From IMG/VR virus record IMGVR_UViG_3300049460_000312, positions 1 to 64,000 of that record: 64,000 nt of DNA; one strand, 5' to 3'. Of the stretch, positions 54,678 to 63,719 are shown one piece after another (positions within the stretch are counted from its first letter, which is position 1; each line of letters starts with the position of its first letter). Both the position numbers and the translations under genes were made by a program. A model generated the notes under the pieces. That model had not been told where the DNA came from. It made no database searches and saw only the letters and a list, made by a program, of their open reading frames with translations.

Positions 54678-56108
54678 TTAGGCGAAGAGGGCTTCCGCAT
54701 CCGCCGGCTGCATACCGAGCGTCTTCGCTTCAGCGAGAACCTTCTCGCGCAGCTTGGCTGTGACGGTCTGTTGCAGATTGACCTTCAGGCTCACCACATT
54801 GCGCAAGAAGCTCAACAGCTGGCCAATCACCGAGTACGAGAACGCGATCCGTTGCGTGGTCGGGATGATCACTTGCTTGTTGAAGTTCTTCAACGCTTCG
54901 AGCGAGGCCTTGGCAGTCTTCTCCAGTTCCTTGTCCGGCGTGTAGAGCTCCATGCGGTAGAGCGACTCGGTGAGTGTATCCATGCCAGCCAGCAGCTTCT
55001 CCTGGTCGTGCATGTCCGACTCCAGCATCTCACGGCCATAGACAAACGCAGCCATCATCTTGGGCGAATTCGCCAGACGCTGGAAGTCACCCCACTTCTC
55101 GACACGGTAGTCCGGGTTCAGCGCCTTGAACGCAATCACGGCCTTGGCGTGTGCATCGGCTGCGGCCACGATCTTGCTGAAGTGATCGCCCGTCACCGCA
55201 GCTTCGACGCCGTCGTAGTCCTTACGTGAGACCGCGCGCTGCAGGTCACCCAGCAGGATGTTCACGTTGACGATACTGTCTTCGTGCGTCGCCATCAGCG
55301 GACTGATAATATCCGGATCGCCCAGGAACTTCGTCACCACCGGCAGGCGCGCGAGCATGGCGTTCAGCTCCACCAGCAACGCTTCGTTGAAGATCTCGGG
55401 GGCTTTCATCCCGTCGATCGACTGCAACAGCTTGGCGGTCTGAGCGGCTTTGGCTTGCGCTGCGGCCTGGACGTCCTGGTCGTGCTCGGCCTGCTTGGCG
55501 GCTTCGTCGGCCTGACGTTGTAGCACCGTCGCGCGTTCCTTGGCCTGGTTGATGATTTCCTGGGTTTCCTTCTCATAGCCCAAGAGCGCGGCACCCACCT
55601 GCTCCACTTCGGTCTTGGCAGTGCCCAGCAGCTTCACGTTGTCCGGCGTCGTGATCTGCTTTTCCATCACGCGCTTGACCACGCCTTTGAACCAGCCGAC
55701 GATCTTGCGATACATGTCGACGATGAAGTCTTTGATCTTCTGCAGAATCCCGCCCTTCTTCTCCTCAACTTCTTCCAGGGCTGCACTGTACATCGTACGG
55801 CTCGGATGCTTGGTGAAGAATTCGATCGGCCGGTCGTCATGCAGGAAACCCGGCATCAGGCTTTCGCATTCCAGGGCGATGGTCTGGTCCATCCCTTTGT
55901 TGCCCTTGATCGTGTCGCCGAGCAACTCCAGGTCGCGCAGCTGGACTTCCAGGTCTTCGACCGCAACCGCGATCAGGTCGATGTCGTCACGCAGCTCAGG
56001 CACGTCACCGTCATCGCCTTCCTTGAAGGCCTTGACCGTGGCAGCCGGGGCGGCTTTCGGTTCCATGCTGTCATCGGGCAGCAGGAATTCGTCATTCAAT
56101 CCGGACAT
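54678..56108 (-). CDS. Internal head protein
   Basis: FTKHPS...AALEE then an amphipathic helix; paralogue of 56197..57525. Confidence 0.8.
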   Translation of the reverse strand: MSGLNDEFLLPDDSMEPKAAPAATVKAFKEGDDGDVPELRDDIDLIAVAVEDLEVQLRDLELLGDTIKGNKGMDQTIALECESLMPGFLHDDRPIEFFTKHPSRTMYSAALEEVEEKKGGILQKIKDFIVDMYRKIVGWFKGVVKRVMEKQITTPDNVKLLGTAKTEVEQVGAALLGYEKETQEIINQAKERATVLQRQADEAAKQAEHDQDVQAAAQAKAAQTAKLLQSIDGMKAPEIFNEALLVELNAMLARLPVVTKFLGDPDIISPLMATHEDSIVNVNILLGDLQRAVSRKDYDGVEAAVTGDHFSKIVAAADAHAKAVIAFKALNPDYRVEKWGDFQRLANSPKMMAAFVYGREMLESDMHDQEKLLAGMDTLTESLYRMELYTPDKELEKTAKASLEALKNFNKQVIIPTTQRIAFSYSVIGQLLSFLRNVVSLKVNLQQTVTAKLREKVLAEAKTLGMQPADAEALFA

Positions 56109-56196
56109 GGTGGATGTTCTCTCAATGAATCAATGGAATAAAGCTCCAGCGGACCGATCAGTCCACTGGAGCCGTGTGTTACGGGTAGCGTCGTAC

Positions 56197-57525
56197 TTAG
56201 AACGCGATCTGGAAGCCTTTGCCGCCGAGCGCCTTCACGAGCTGGGCCTTCTGCTCTTGCGAGAGACCGGACCCTGCATCGGTGACCGCCTTCTCGAACG
56301 CATCGACCAGCCCCATCAGGGCCTTGCCGACTTCGTTGATCGAACCCACCGCATCCGAACGGACTTTCCACAGGCGCAGGATGTCTGCGCCGAGCTTGGC
56401 GAGACGGCGATAGAGTGCGGCGATCTTCTGGGCGTAGGTGCCCTGCTTGTCCGCCGGGACATCTTCCGGGATCATTTCCAGGATGTCTTCGATCTTGGTC
56501 TCAGCACTCATCTGGATCACGTGCTTGACACCCGAGGCCATTTCCTGCACCAGTTGTTGCACATCGACGCGCTTGAAGTCGTTCGCAGCCTGCGCCACGT
56601 TGTCGTACAGCTGACTGAATGGTACGGCCTTGTCGTCGCCCATCTCGGACGATTCGTGGTCGTTGATCGTCATGTTCTTTTCGAACGCATCCAGCTCGTG
56701 GGCAATGCCATCGATGCCTTCGATCGCCTGATAGAACTCTTCCGAACGGCGCGTCTTCATCGCCACATCCGCAGCCTTGTGGGCCTTGAAGAGGATCTGG
56801 GCAATCGCCGAGTCACTGTCTTGCTTGAAGAGTTCCTTCACTGAGACGATGCCCTTGGCGAGCCGGAAGTGCACCGGGTTCTGGTGCATCTGGTCTTCCA
56901 GACGTTCCACCGAGGCATGCAGGCCACCGAACTGGTCCGCGAGGGCCGACGCATAAGCTTTGGAGTCGCCATCGATCCAGCGTGCCACTTCATCCGCGGC
57001 TTCAGCCGGATCATCCGGCAGACTGGTGATATAGGCAATCGCGTCCTTGTTGCGACGCTCAGCGACGAACTGTTGCAGGTTCTCGTCCAGGTCAGTGGCA
57101 CCCGGTTTGGAGAACCTGGCGGTGAGCCAGCTGAGGAAACGCTTGTACAACTCCGCCACGAAGGTCCGCACCTTGATCACAATGGCCTTCAGCGTGTCTA
57201 CAACGGCCTTCACGCCATCGTTCAGCCCTTCCAGGGACGGACGGTGCGTAAACACCGCGTGGCCGCCTGCGCGCTTCAGGAAGCCCGGGTGGAGCTTGTC
57301 GAGTTCGCGGGCCATATCGAGGCTGATGCCCTCGCAGGCCATCTTCACACCCATCTGCTCCAGCGCACAGGCTGCGTCGTCGAGCACGTCGAGGTCGTCC
57401 TGCACCAGGAACTCACCCGGCAACTCCATGTCGGCATCGTCCGCATGGTTATCCGTACCAGAGAGCGGCACGTGCGAGACTTCGAGTTCCGGCTCATCTT
57501 CCAGGATGAGAATTTTCAAAGACAT
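56197..57525 (-). CDS. Internal head protein
   Basis: PGFL...FTHRPSLEG then an amphipathic helix. Confidence 0.8.
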   Translation of the reverse strand: MSLKILILEDEPELEVSHVPLSGTDNHADDADMELPGEFLVQDDLDVLDDAACALEQMGVKMACEGISLDMARELDKLHPGFLKRAGGHAVFTHRPSLEGLNDGVKAVVDTLKAIVIKVRTFVAELYKRFLSWLTARFSKPGATDLDENLQQFVAERRNKDAIAYITSLPDDPAEAADEVARWIDGDSKAYASALADQFGGLHASVERLEDQMHQNPVHFRLAKGIVSVKELFKQDSDSAIAQILFKAHKAADVAMKTRRSEEFYQAIEGIDGIAHELDAFEKNMTINDHESSEMGDDKAVPFSQLYDNVAQAANDFKRVDVQQLVQEMASGVKHVIQMSAETKIEDILEMIPEDVPADKQGTYAQKIAALYRRLAKLGADILRLWKVRSDAVGSINEVGKALMGLVDAFEKAVTDAGSGLSQEQKAQLVKALGGKGFQIAF

Positions 57526-57536
57526 GAGTCGCCCCT

Positions 57537-57989
57537 TTATGCCGTCGCGAAGTTGTCTTCGATGACGTTGCAGATGTGCAGGTAGACGCGGCCAATCGCG
57601 GTGTTGTTCGCGTTGCAGAAGGCGATCGTTTCCGGCGAGAAGAACTTCGGCACACCAAACACCGAGCAGAAGAAGTCACCCGGCACCTGATCCATGCGCG
57701 GGCATTTGTGAATGGCTTCGTAGCGCAGCAGCCAGAAGTTGCGGGCGAAGTCGAGCGCGAGCGCCGTATCGAGCACCGACACTTCATTGAGTGCCGACAC
57801 GACGCGCTTGGTGAACGATTCCACCGTCATGCGGTAATGGGCTTCGGCGTCGTCGACTTCCGAGGAGGGCAGCACCGCGTTGCAGGCGCAGGCATAGCCG
57901 ATGGCGACCGCGGCGATGCGGTGACGCTCTTGCACGGGGCCAGTCAGCGACTGCATCACGTTCACGAAGGGAAACAGTTTTGCGTTCAT
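57537..57989 (-). CDS. Conserved jumbo-phage protein
   Basis: 150 aa ORF in the structural block. Confidence 0.75.
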   Translation of the reverse strand: MNAKLFPFVNVMQSLTGPVQERHRIAAVAIGYACACNAVLPSSEVDDAEAHYRMTVESFTKRVVSALNEVSVLDTALALDFARNFWLLRYEAIHKCPRMDQVPGDFFCSVFGVPKFFSPETIAFCNANNTAIGRVYLHICNVIEDNFATA

Positions 57990-58054
57990 GGTGAACCTTG
58001 TAATTCTGAATGGGGTAGTAAAAGCCAGGGATAATCCTATCCCTGGCCTAAGCT

Positions 58055-59326
58055 TTAGCGGGTGCCGAGTTGGGCGGCGCGCACGAACAGATCGTTCGCA
58101 GCCAACGACTCCAGACGGTCCGTGTACTCACGGGAAGCACGAGCATCCATCTTGCCGCGCCGGAACATGTCGATGAACTTAACAATCGTGGGCGTATCGA
58201 AGTCGCCCGCGTAGTTCTGGATGATCTTGTCCGTGAGTTCGATGCTGGCGATTTCCTCGACCAGTTCTTCCTTGGGCAGATCCATCAGCTTGATCTTCTC
58301 GACAAACTGGTTGCGCATCTTCGTCGCGTTCTGCTTGAAGGTGGTCGCATCCGGTTCACGCGCAGCTTCTGCCGCGCCCTGGTACGTCAACCAGCCACCA
58401 CCGAGCATCAGACCGACACCGACCGGTCCGAGCAGCGGCGTTGCCAGCAGGCCCGCGAAGGCCCAGGCGAGACCCACGAGGATGCCGTAGCTCTTGCCAT
58501 TGACCGACACGAACTTCGAGCGCATCGTGACAATCGCCCGACCTGCACCATGGCGTGCCGCGAAGATATCCGCGAGCTCTTCGGCGGTATCCATCGAGAA
58601 GTAACGCTTGTTGTCCATCCGGCGCGGTTCGATTTGCACGGCGCTGGCGAGGATCTTGATCGCTACGTCGGCGCTCGTGGTGTCTTCCACCGGCTGGAGC
58701 CATTCGACGCCCTCCATGCCCATGTCCTTGGCGGCCTTGGTGAGGATCAGCTTGACCTTCTTGTCCGGCTGGCCGTTGGTGAGTTCGGCCCAGGTCCGCT
58801 GCATCACCACGTTCACGACGATCGAGTCGGCGAGGAACTGCAGGAACGTGTAGGCGTGCCCGACTTCGTGCAGAATCACCGCAGCCGTTTCTTCCGGGGT
58901 GAAGGTGCGCGCGAACAGGAACAGGCTGCCGATGTAGAGCTTGTGCATGATCTCGGAGAACGCACCACCGACGCGGGCGTTACTCGGGTCGATCCAGCCC
59001 TTCTGCTCCAGGTTGTAGAGCGAGAGCTTGTCCGCATCGAAGTGCTTTTCGAGGAATTTGTTGAACTGCGCGCGATTCAACACATTGCCACGGGTAAGCG
59101 ACGGCACGGCGACTGCCGCGTTGTCGTAACCGTTGAGCACCAGCGCATTGGTAAGGATGCCGGTGTGCTCGTAGATACACTTGTCGACGCGAACGCAGAA
59201 CTTGTTCACCGCGTCTTGGGACTTCTCGCCGGAGTCGCGCAAATCCTTGACGATCAGCGTAAGGGCCTTGAAAAAGGCGTCGGACTGGAAAGCAATGCTT
59301 TCATTCCCGAGGAAGAGGAGGTTCAT
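58055..59326 (-). CDS. Virion protein with a zincin metallopeptidase motif and a TM hairpin
   Basis: ILHEVGH, EELADIFAARHG, hydrophobic GILVGLAW...GGGW. Confidence 0.8.
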   Translation of the reverse strand: MNLLFLGNESIAFQSDAFFKALTLIVKDLRDSGEKSQDAVNKFCVRVDKCIYEHTGILTNALVLNGYDNAAVAVPSLTRGNVLNRAQFNKFLEKHFDADKLSLYNLEQKGWIDPSNARVGGAFSEIMHKLYIGSLFLFARTFTPEETAAVILHEVGHAYTFLQFLADSIVVNVVMQRTWAELTNGQPDKKVKLILTKAAKDMGMEGVEWLQPVEDTTSADVAIKILASAVQIEPRRMDNKRYFSMDTAEELADIFAARHGAGRAIVTMRSKFVSVNGKSYGILVGLAWAFAGLLATPLLGPVGVGLMLGGGWLTYQGAAEAAREPDATTFKQNATKMRNQFVEKIKLMDLPKEELVEEIASIELTDKIIQNYAGDFDTPTIVKFIDMFRRGKMDARASREYTDRLESLAANDLFVRAAQLGTR

Positions 59327-59510
59327 AAACTGTCAGCCATGAATTGTTGAAATTGACGCCGGCACCCGCGGTTCCCGTTAAAGAAAAACCACTGGGTCTA
59401 TTCCTTTGACTAGCGGGCATATGGCCTGCGCTAACCATCACAAGAATACCCTTACAAACGCAGCGATAGAGTCATACTAAAAGGCACATCCTGCGGTGCG
59501 AGCACAAGTT

Positions 59511-61388
59511 ATGTCCACGAAAAAACCTGAGATTAGCAAGGATGACATTGCCGGAATTGAATGCCGGCATGTTGTGTTTATCCCGCCGTCCAAAGACTCC
59601 CCGGACGACTACCACCTGATCAAGGAAGTCATCCACACCAAGGACAACAAGCGGATTCCGAATGTTCGGATCGTGAAGAACTACCAGCGCCCTTTCTGGA
59701 TTGCCAAGGAAGGGTTCCGGCGCTACAAGCAGAAGAAGGAATGGGAAGACGTCTCGAAGCTCAAAGAGTTCCGTTGCCCGCAGTCGCAACTGGTCGATCG
59801 CGCTGCCAAGGCGTTAGGGATTTTCAAGCCGCCGCGTAGTCTCAAGCAGCTTTCGCGCAGTCCGTACTTGTATGGGTCGGACATTCTCTCCACCTCGGTG
59901 ATCAAGCAGGAAGTCTACCGGGATCGTTGGCCGGATCTGAACACCCCGTCGAGCATTGCAGCATCGGATACGGAAACCGACATGATCAAGGGGCATGGCC
60001 GGGTGATCATGCAGACCGTGTCGTTTGGTAGCAAGGTCTACACCGCGGTGGTGCGGGACTTCCTGGAACAGATCGGTGGTGACGACAAGTACAAGATCGA
60101 GAAGTGCAAGGAAGGGCTCCTCAAGTACCTGGACGTGGATGAGCCCGTCTTTAAGAAGGATGGCAAGACACCGGAGCTCGATAAGAGCGGCAAGCCGAAG
60201 GTCACCAACGTCTACCGCGACCGCAAGCTTGACTGGGAAATCGAACTGGTGTCGGACGACGGTCAGGCGGTGTGGAAAACCTTGCAGAAGTGTCATGAGT
60301 GGCAGCCGGATTTCTTGACCTTCTGGAACATGGACTTCGACATCGGCAAGATGAAAGAGTCGCTGGATTTCCACAAGATCCCATTGGCCGATGCCTGGTC
60401 TGATCCGTCGGTCGCGCCTCAGTACCGTTTCTACGAATACCGCCAGGGTTCGAGCCAGAAGGTGACGGCCTCCGGTAAGGTGACGCCGATTGCCCCGCAT
60501 GCACGCTGGCATACGCTGTACACGCCGGCCTCGTTCTATGTGATGGACGCGATGTGTGCGTACAAGCAGGTGCGGACCGGGAAACAGGAAGAGCGCTCGT
60601 ATTCGCTGGAGTTTATCCTGAACAAGCACCTGAAGCGGGGCAAGCTCAAGTTTGACCAGGCCGATGGACTGGCCAAGGCCGACTGGCATATTCACATGCA
60701 GCGTCACCATCCGATCGAATACATCGTTTATAACGTGTTCGACTGTATCGGTATTGAGATGCTGGATGAGAAGACCAAGGACTTGTGCGTATCGGTGCCC
60801 TCGGGTGCGGCGATGTCGGACTACTCCAAGTTCAACTCTCAGCCGCGGCGCGTGGTGGATAAGCTTCACTACTTTGTGCAGGCGCGGGGGAAGATCATCG
60901 GGACCACGTCGGACGAGATGGCTACCGAGTTCGATGCCCGTACGATCAATCTGCGTAACTGGATCGTGATGCTACCTGCGCATCTGGTCGCGGATAACGG
61001 CCTACGGATCATCAAGGAGTATCCAGAGATTGCGAGTAACCTCCGACTCCACATTGGCGACCTGGACGTCTCGGCGTCTTATCCGAATGGGGAATCGGTT
61101 TTCAACATTTCCAAGGAAACGACGAAGAAGGAGTTGCTCACGATCGACGGGGTCTCGGAGTCGGTGCGCCGCATGCAGGGGATTAACCTCTCCGGAGGTG
61201 CGACCAACGCCGTGGAGTTCTGTACCGGGATGTTCCACATGCCGCAGATGACTCAGTGGCTCGAAGCCTACAAACGTCAGGACGATCTCGCCTCGGTGGC
61301 GCGTGATCTGGCCGAGTGGGTGGACGACAGCGCGGCGGCCGCTGAGGCGGTGTTGCTGGTGGCCGAAGAAGAGTACGAAGGCGACTGA
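59511..61388 (+). CDS. Split family B DNA polymerase, exonuclease + motif A subunit (phiKZ gp82-like)
   Basis: ExoI SDTETD, ExoII WNMDFD, ExoIII YNVFD, PolB motif A DLDVSASYPN; no motif C (DTD) downstream. Confidence 0.85.
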   Translation: MSTKKPEISKDDIAGIECRHVVFIPPSKDSPDDYHLIKEVIHTKDNKRIPNVRIVKNYQRPFWIAKEGFRRYKQKKEWEDVSKLKEFRCPQSQLVDRAAKALGIFKPPRSLKQLSRSPYLYGSDILSTSVIKQEVYRDRWPDLNTPSSIAASDTETDMIKGHGRVIMQTVSFGSKVYTAVVRDFLEQIGGDDKYKIEKCKEGLLKYLDVDEPVFKKDGKTPELDKSGKPKVTNVYRDRKLDWEIELVSDDGQAVWKTLQKCHEWQPDFLTFWNMDFDIGKMKESLDFHKIPLADAWSDPSVAPQYRFYEYRQGSSQKVTASGKVTPIAPHARWHTLYTPASFYVMDAMCAYKQVRTGKQEERSYSLEFILNKHLKRGKLKFDQADGLAKADWHIHMQRHHPIEYIVYNVFDCIGIEMLDEKTKDLCVSVPSGAAMSDYSKFNSQPRRVVDKLHYFVQARGKIIGTTSDEMATEFDARTINLRNWIVMLPAHLVADNGLRIIKEYPEIASNLRLHIGDLDVSASYPNGESVFNISKETTKKELLTIDGVSESVRRMQGINLSGGATNAVEFCTGMFHMPQMTQWLEAYKRQDDLASVARDLAEWVDDSAAAAEAVLLVAEEEYEGD

Positions 61389-61395
61389 GTCGCAA

Positions 61396-61440
61396 CGTCA
61401 TAAAGGAGAGCGGGGGTGACCCCGCTCTCCTCTTATGCTG
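61396..61440. terminator. Bidirectional terminator with TTATG tails
   Basis: CATAAAGGAGAGCGGGG-GTGA-CCCCGCTCTCCTCTTATGCTG. Confidence 0.9.
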
Positions 61441-61449
61441 TCGTGCCAT

Positions 61450-62292
61450 TTACACATCCAGAACGTTGGTCGACGGATAGGCTCGACCCGCACCCCAGAT
61501 CAAACGCAAACCACCATTCAGACCCGGTGTATTGGTGGCCGCCCGTGAGGAAGAGGAACCGCCGCCGAATTCACCCGAACCGGTTATCTGCGAACCCGGA
61601 TTACCATTGGTAGAGCGTGTTGGGGTCGCGACCGCGGTCGTACCCAGCCCCAGCAGGCCAGTGCCACCGCCACGACCCGCATTGACGTTATCGTTATACC
61701 CGCTGCCGCCCGTGCCGCCTGAGCCGGCGCCCGTGCCCGCGGCAGGTGCTGTAGCAGTGCCGATGTCCGTACCATTACCACCCTTGCCGTTATAGCCACC
61801 GGCCGCACCGCCGCCCGCTGCTGCATAGTCAAAGGCGACACCGTCGCCACCATTACCCCCACCATCGCCCTGATAGGTGCCGCCTTTGCCGCGTGACGAA
61901 TCGTTGGCAGTGTCCCCACCCGCATCGCCACCATTGCCTGCAAACAAGCGGGTAGCCCCGCGCGCCAGGTAGGTGTCGCCGCCTTTTGTACCGATCGCGG
62001 CACCCGTGGCCGTGACACCGACTTGACCCACCACGACGGTTAGATGTTCGCCCGGGGTCACGGGGATTTGGTTCTTCCAGCCTAGGCCACCACCACCCCC
62101 TGAGGACCCCCAATGGCCTGTATCCTTGAAAGTGTTAATCCAGCCACCCCCGCCTGCACCGATACCCACCCCGCAGAGGAAGTAGACACCGCCCGGCACC
62201 ACGAAGTCATACGTACCCGGCGTGGTAAAGGCCATCTGACCCGGCCCAGCCGCGACAGTCTTAGGCTTAATTGTTAAGAGCATTTCCAACAT
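61450..62292 (-). CDS. Glycine-rich virion/tail-fibre-like protein
   Basis: FTTPGTY.FVVP.GV, GAGGGG, IPVTPGE.LT..VG; start MLEMLL. Confidence 0.8.
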   Translation of the reverse strand: MLEMLLTIKPKTVAAGPGQMAFTTPGTYDFVVPGGVYFLCGVGIGAGGGGWINTFKDTGHWGSSGGGGGLGWKNQIPVTPGEHLTVVVGQVGVTATGAAIGTKGGDTYLARGATRLFAGNGGDAGGDTANDSSRGKGGTYQGDGGGNGGDGVAFDYAAAGGGAAGGYNGKGGNGTDIGTATAPAAGTGAGSGGTGGSGYNDNVNAGRGGGTGLLGLGTTAVATPTRSTNGNPGSQITGSGEFGGGSSSSRAATNTPGLNGGLRLIWGAGRAYPSTNVLDV

Positions 62293-62303
62293 AGCTATCC
62301 TTT

Positions 62304-63155
62304 TTACACATCCGGCACGTAATTGGGATAAGTGCGGCCCGTACCCCAAACAATCCGGCAAGCACCGGTCTGGGCAGGATCATTGGCGAAACCCGGTCCG
62401 CCTTCGCTGGCACCACCACCGTATTCACCTGAGCCGGGATACTGAGAACCAGCCCCGCCCTTAGTATTAGCGGCCGTACCTGCCCCAGCGCCATTTGAGC
62501 CAGCACCCAGAATACCTACACCACCGCCGCGGCCACCGGCCCCAGAACCACCCCGTAGCACGCCAAAGCCGCCACCGCCACCGCCACCGGTGCCGTTGGC
62601 ACCCGGTGTGCCTGCGACGTTAGCGCCACCGGCCCCACCATTGCCTGAATAACCACCCGCACCACAACCGCCGCCGGCATATTCCCAGTAATAGACAGCC
62701 GGTGTACCTGAGTCACCGCCGCCATCGCCGATACCGCCCGCATTGGTATTCAGAATCGTGGCACTTTCTGTTTGACCGCCCCCCGTGCCGCCATTAGCTT
62801 GCAGCAGCACGGTACTGCCGCGCAGAATTTTCGTAACACCGCCATTACTAGCACGACCTGATTTCACGCTGGTGCCGCGATCACCTACGATAATGGTGAG
62901 CGTTTCTCCGGGCGTCACTGGAATTGAGGTTTTCCAACGCAGTGAACCGCCGTAGCCTGCCGAACCCCACCCACCGGTGGAGCCTGGGCTACGATCCCAG
63001 CTGCCGCCACCGCCACCCACCCCGACTGCTGAAATAGAAAACACACCTGCTGGCACTACCCAGGAGTACGTACCGGGTGTCGTAAAAGCCACCTGATTAT
63101 TACCAACCGTCTGGCTAGTGCCTGTACCCTTTATCTGCAATAAGGCTTCTAACAT
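62304..63155 (-). CDS. Glycine-rich virion/tail-fibre-like protein (tandem paralogue)
   Basis: Same motifs; start MLEALL; ends RIVWG.GR.YP. Confidence 0.8.
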   Translation of the reverse strand: MLEALLQIKGTGTSQTVGNNQVAFTTPGTYSWVVPAGVFSISAVGVGGGGGSWDRSPGSTGGWGSAGYGGSLRWKTSIPVTPGETLTIIVGDRGTSVKSGRASNGGVTKILRGSTVLLQANGGTGGGQTESATILNTNAGGIGDGGGDSGTPAVYYWEYAGGGCGAGGYSGNGGAGGANVAGTPGANGTGGGGGGGFGVLRGGSGAGGRGGGVGILGAGSNGAGAGTAANTKGGAGSQYPGSGEYGGGASEGGPGFANDPAQTGACRIVWGTGRTYPNYVPDV

Positions 63156-63196
63156 TGCCGTACCCCGTTTGACTAATTCTTCGACATAGGATTTTG

Positions 63197-63284
63197 CGGC
63201 ATAAAGGAAAGAGAGGTGATCCCCTCCTTCCTTGTCTCCAAAAATTGACGGCATAAAAAGATCGAGCGGTTGCCCGCTCGATCT
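63197..63284 (-). terminator. Two tandem terminators, each with a TTTATGCCG tail
   Basis: Hairpins at 63197-63233 and 63249-63284. Confidence 0.8.
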
Positions 63285-63700
63285 AGTAATTGCATGATGG
63301 TGAAGCTGCACCCTGCCGCCGTAATCTCCTCGTACGTCGGGACCCTACTCGCCTATCCTGCAATCGGGGCACTCGGGAGAATGTCCTTAGGGTAGTGATC
63401 TTTTTCGCGTGGTAGCTTATCCGCCCAGGGGACGGGGTAATGCAAGGGGGTTAGGTGGCTTCGTCCTATCGCAGGATACTGCGCACCTGAACCGTACAGA
63501 TTGTCAAAGAAAGCGCTGCGTCATCCCGACGTGGGCGCTACTTGGTGGATTCTTCAGGACGTGATTGGGCTCCGGAATGATTACTTCTAAATGGCATGCC
63601 CTGCCTGCGTGTCAGTCTCGGTGTCATTGCTTTTGCTGTGTTCCCCGATGGGATTTAATCAGCCTGTGTCGACGTTTGAGACCTTACTGCGTTTCCACAT
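63285..63700. ncRNA. Candidate structured non-coding RNA
   Basis: About 400 nt with no credible ORF and several nested long-range inverted repeats. Confidence 0.5.
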
Positions 63701-63719
63701 AACATACAGCGATAGGCTG

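Noticed and set aside
63285-63700. tmRNA or tRNA (minus strand contains CTTCACCA and GGCTGATT)
   Set aside because: No T-arm (TTCRA) before the CCA and no convincing acceptor stem or tag frame; kept only as an unclassified ncRNA candidate
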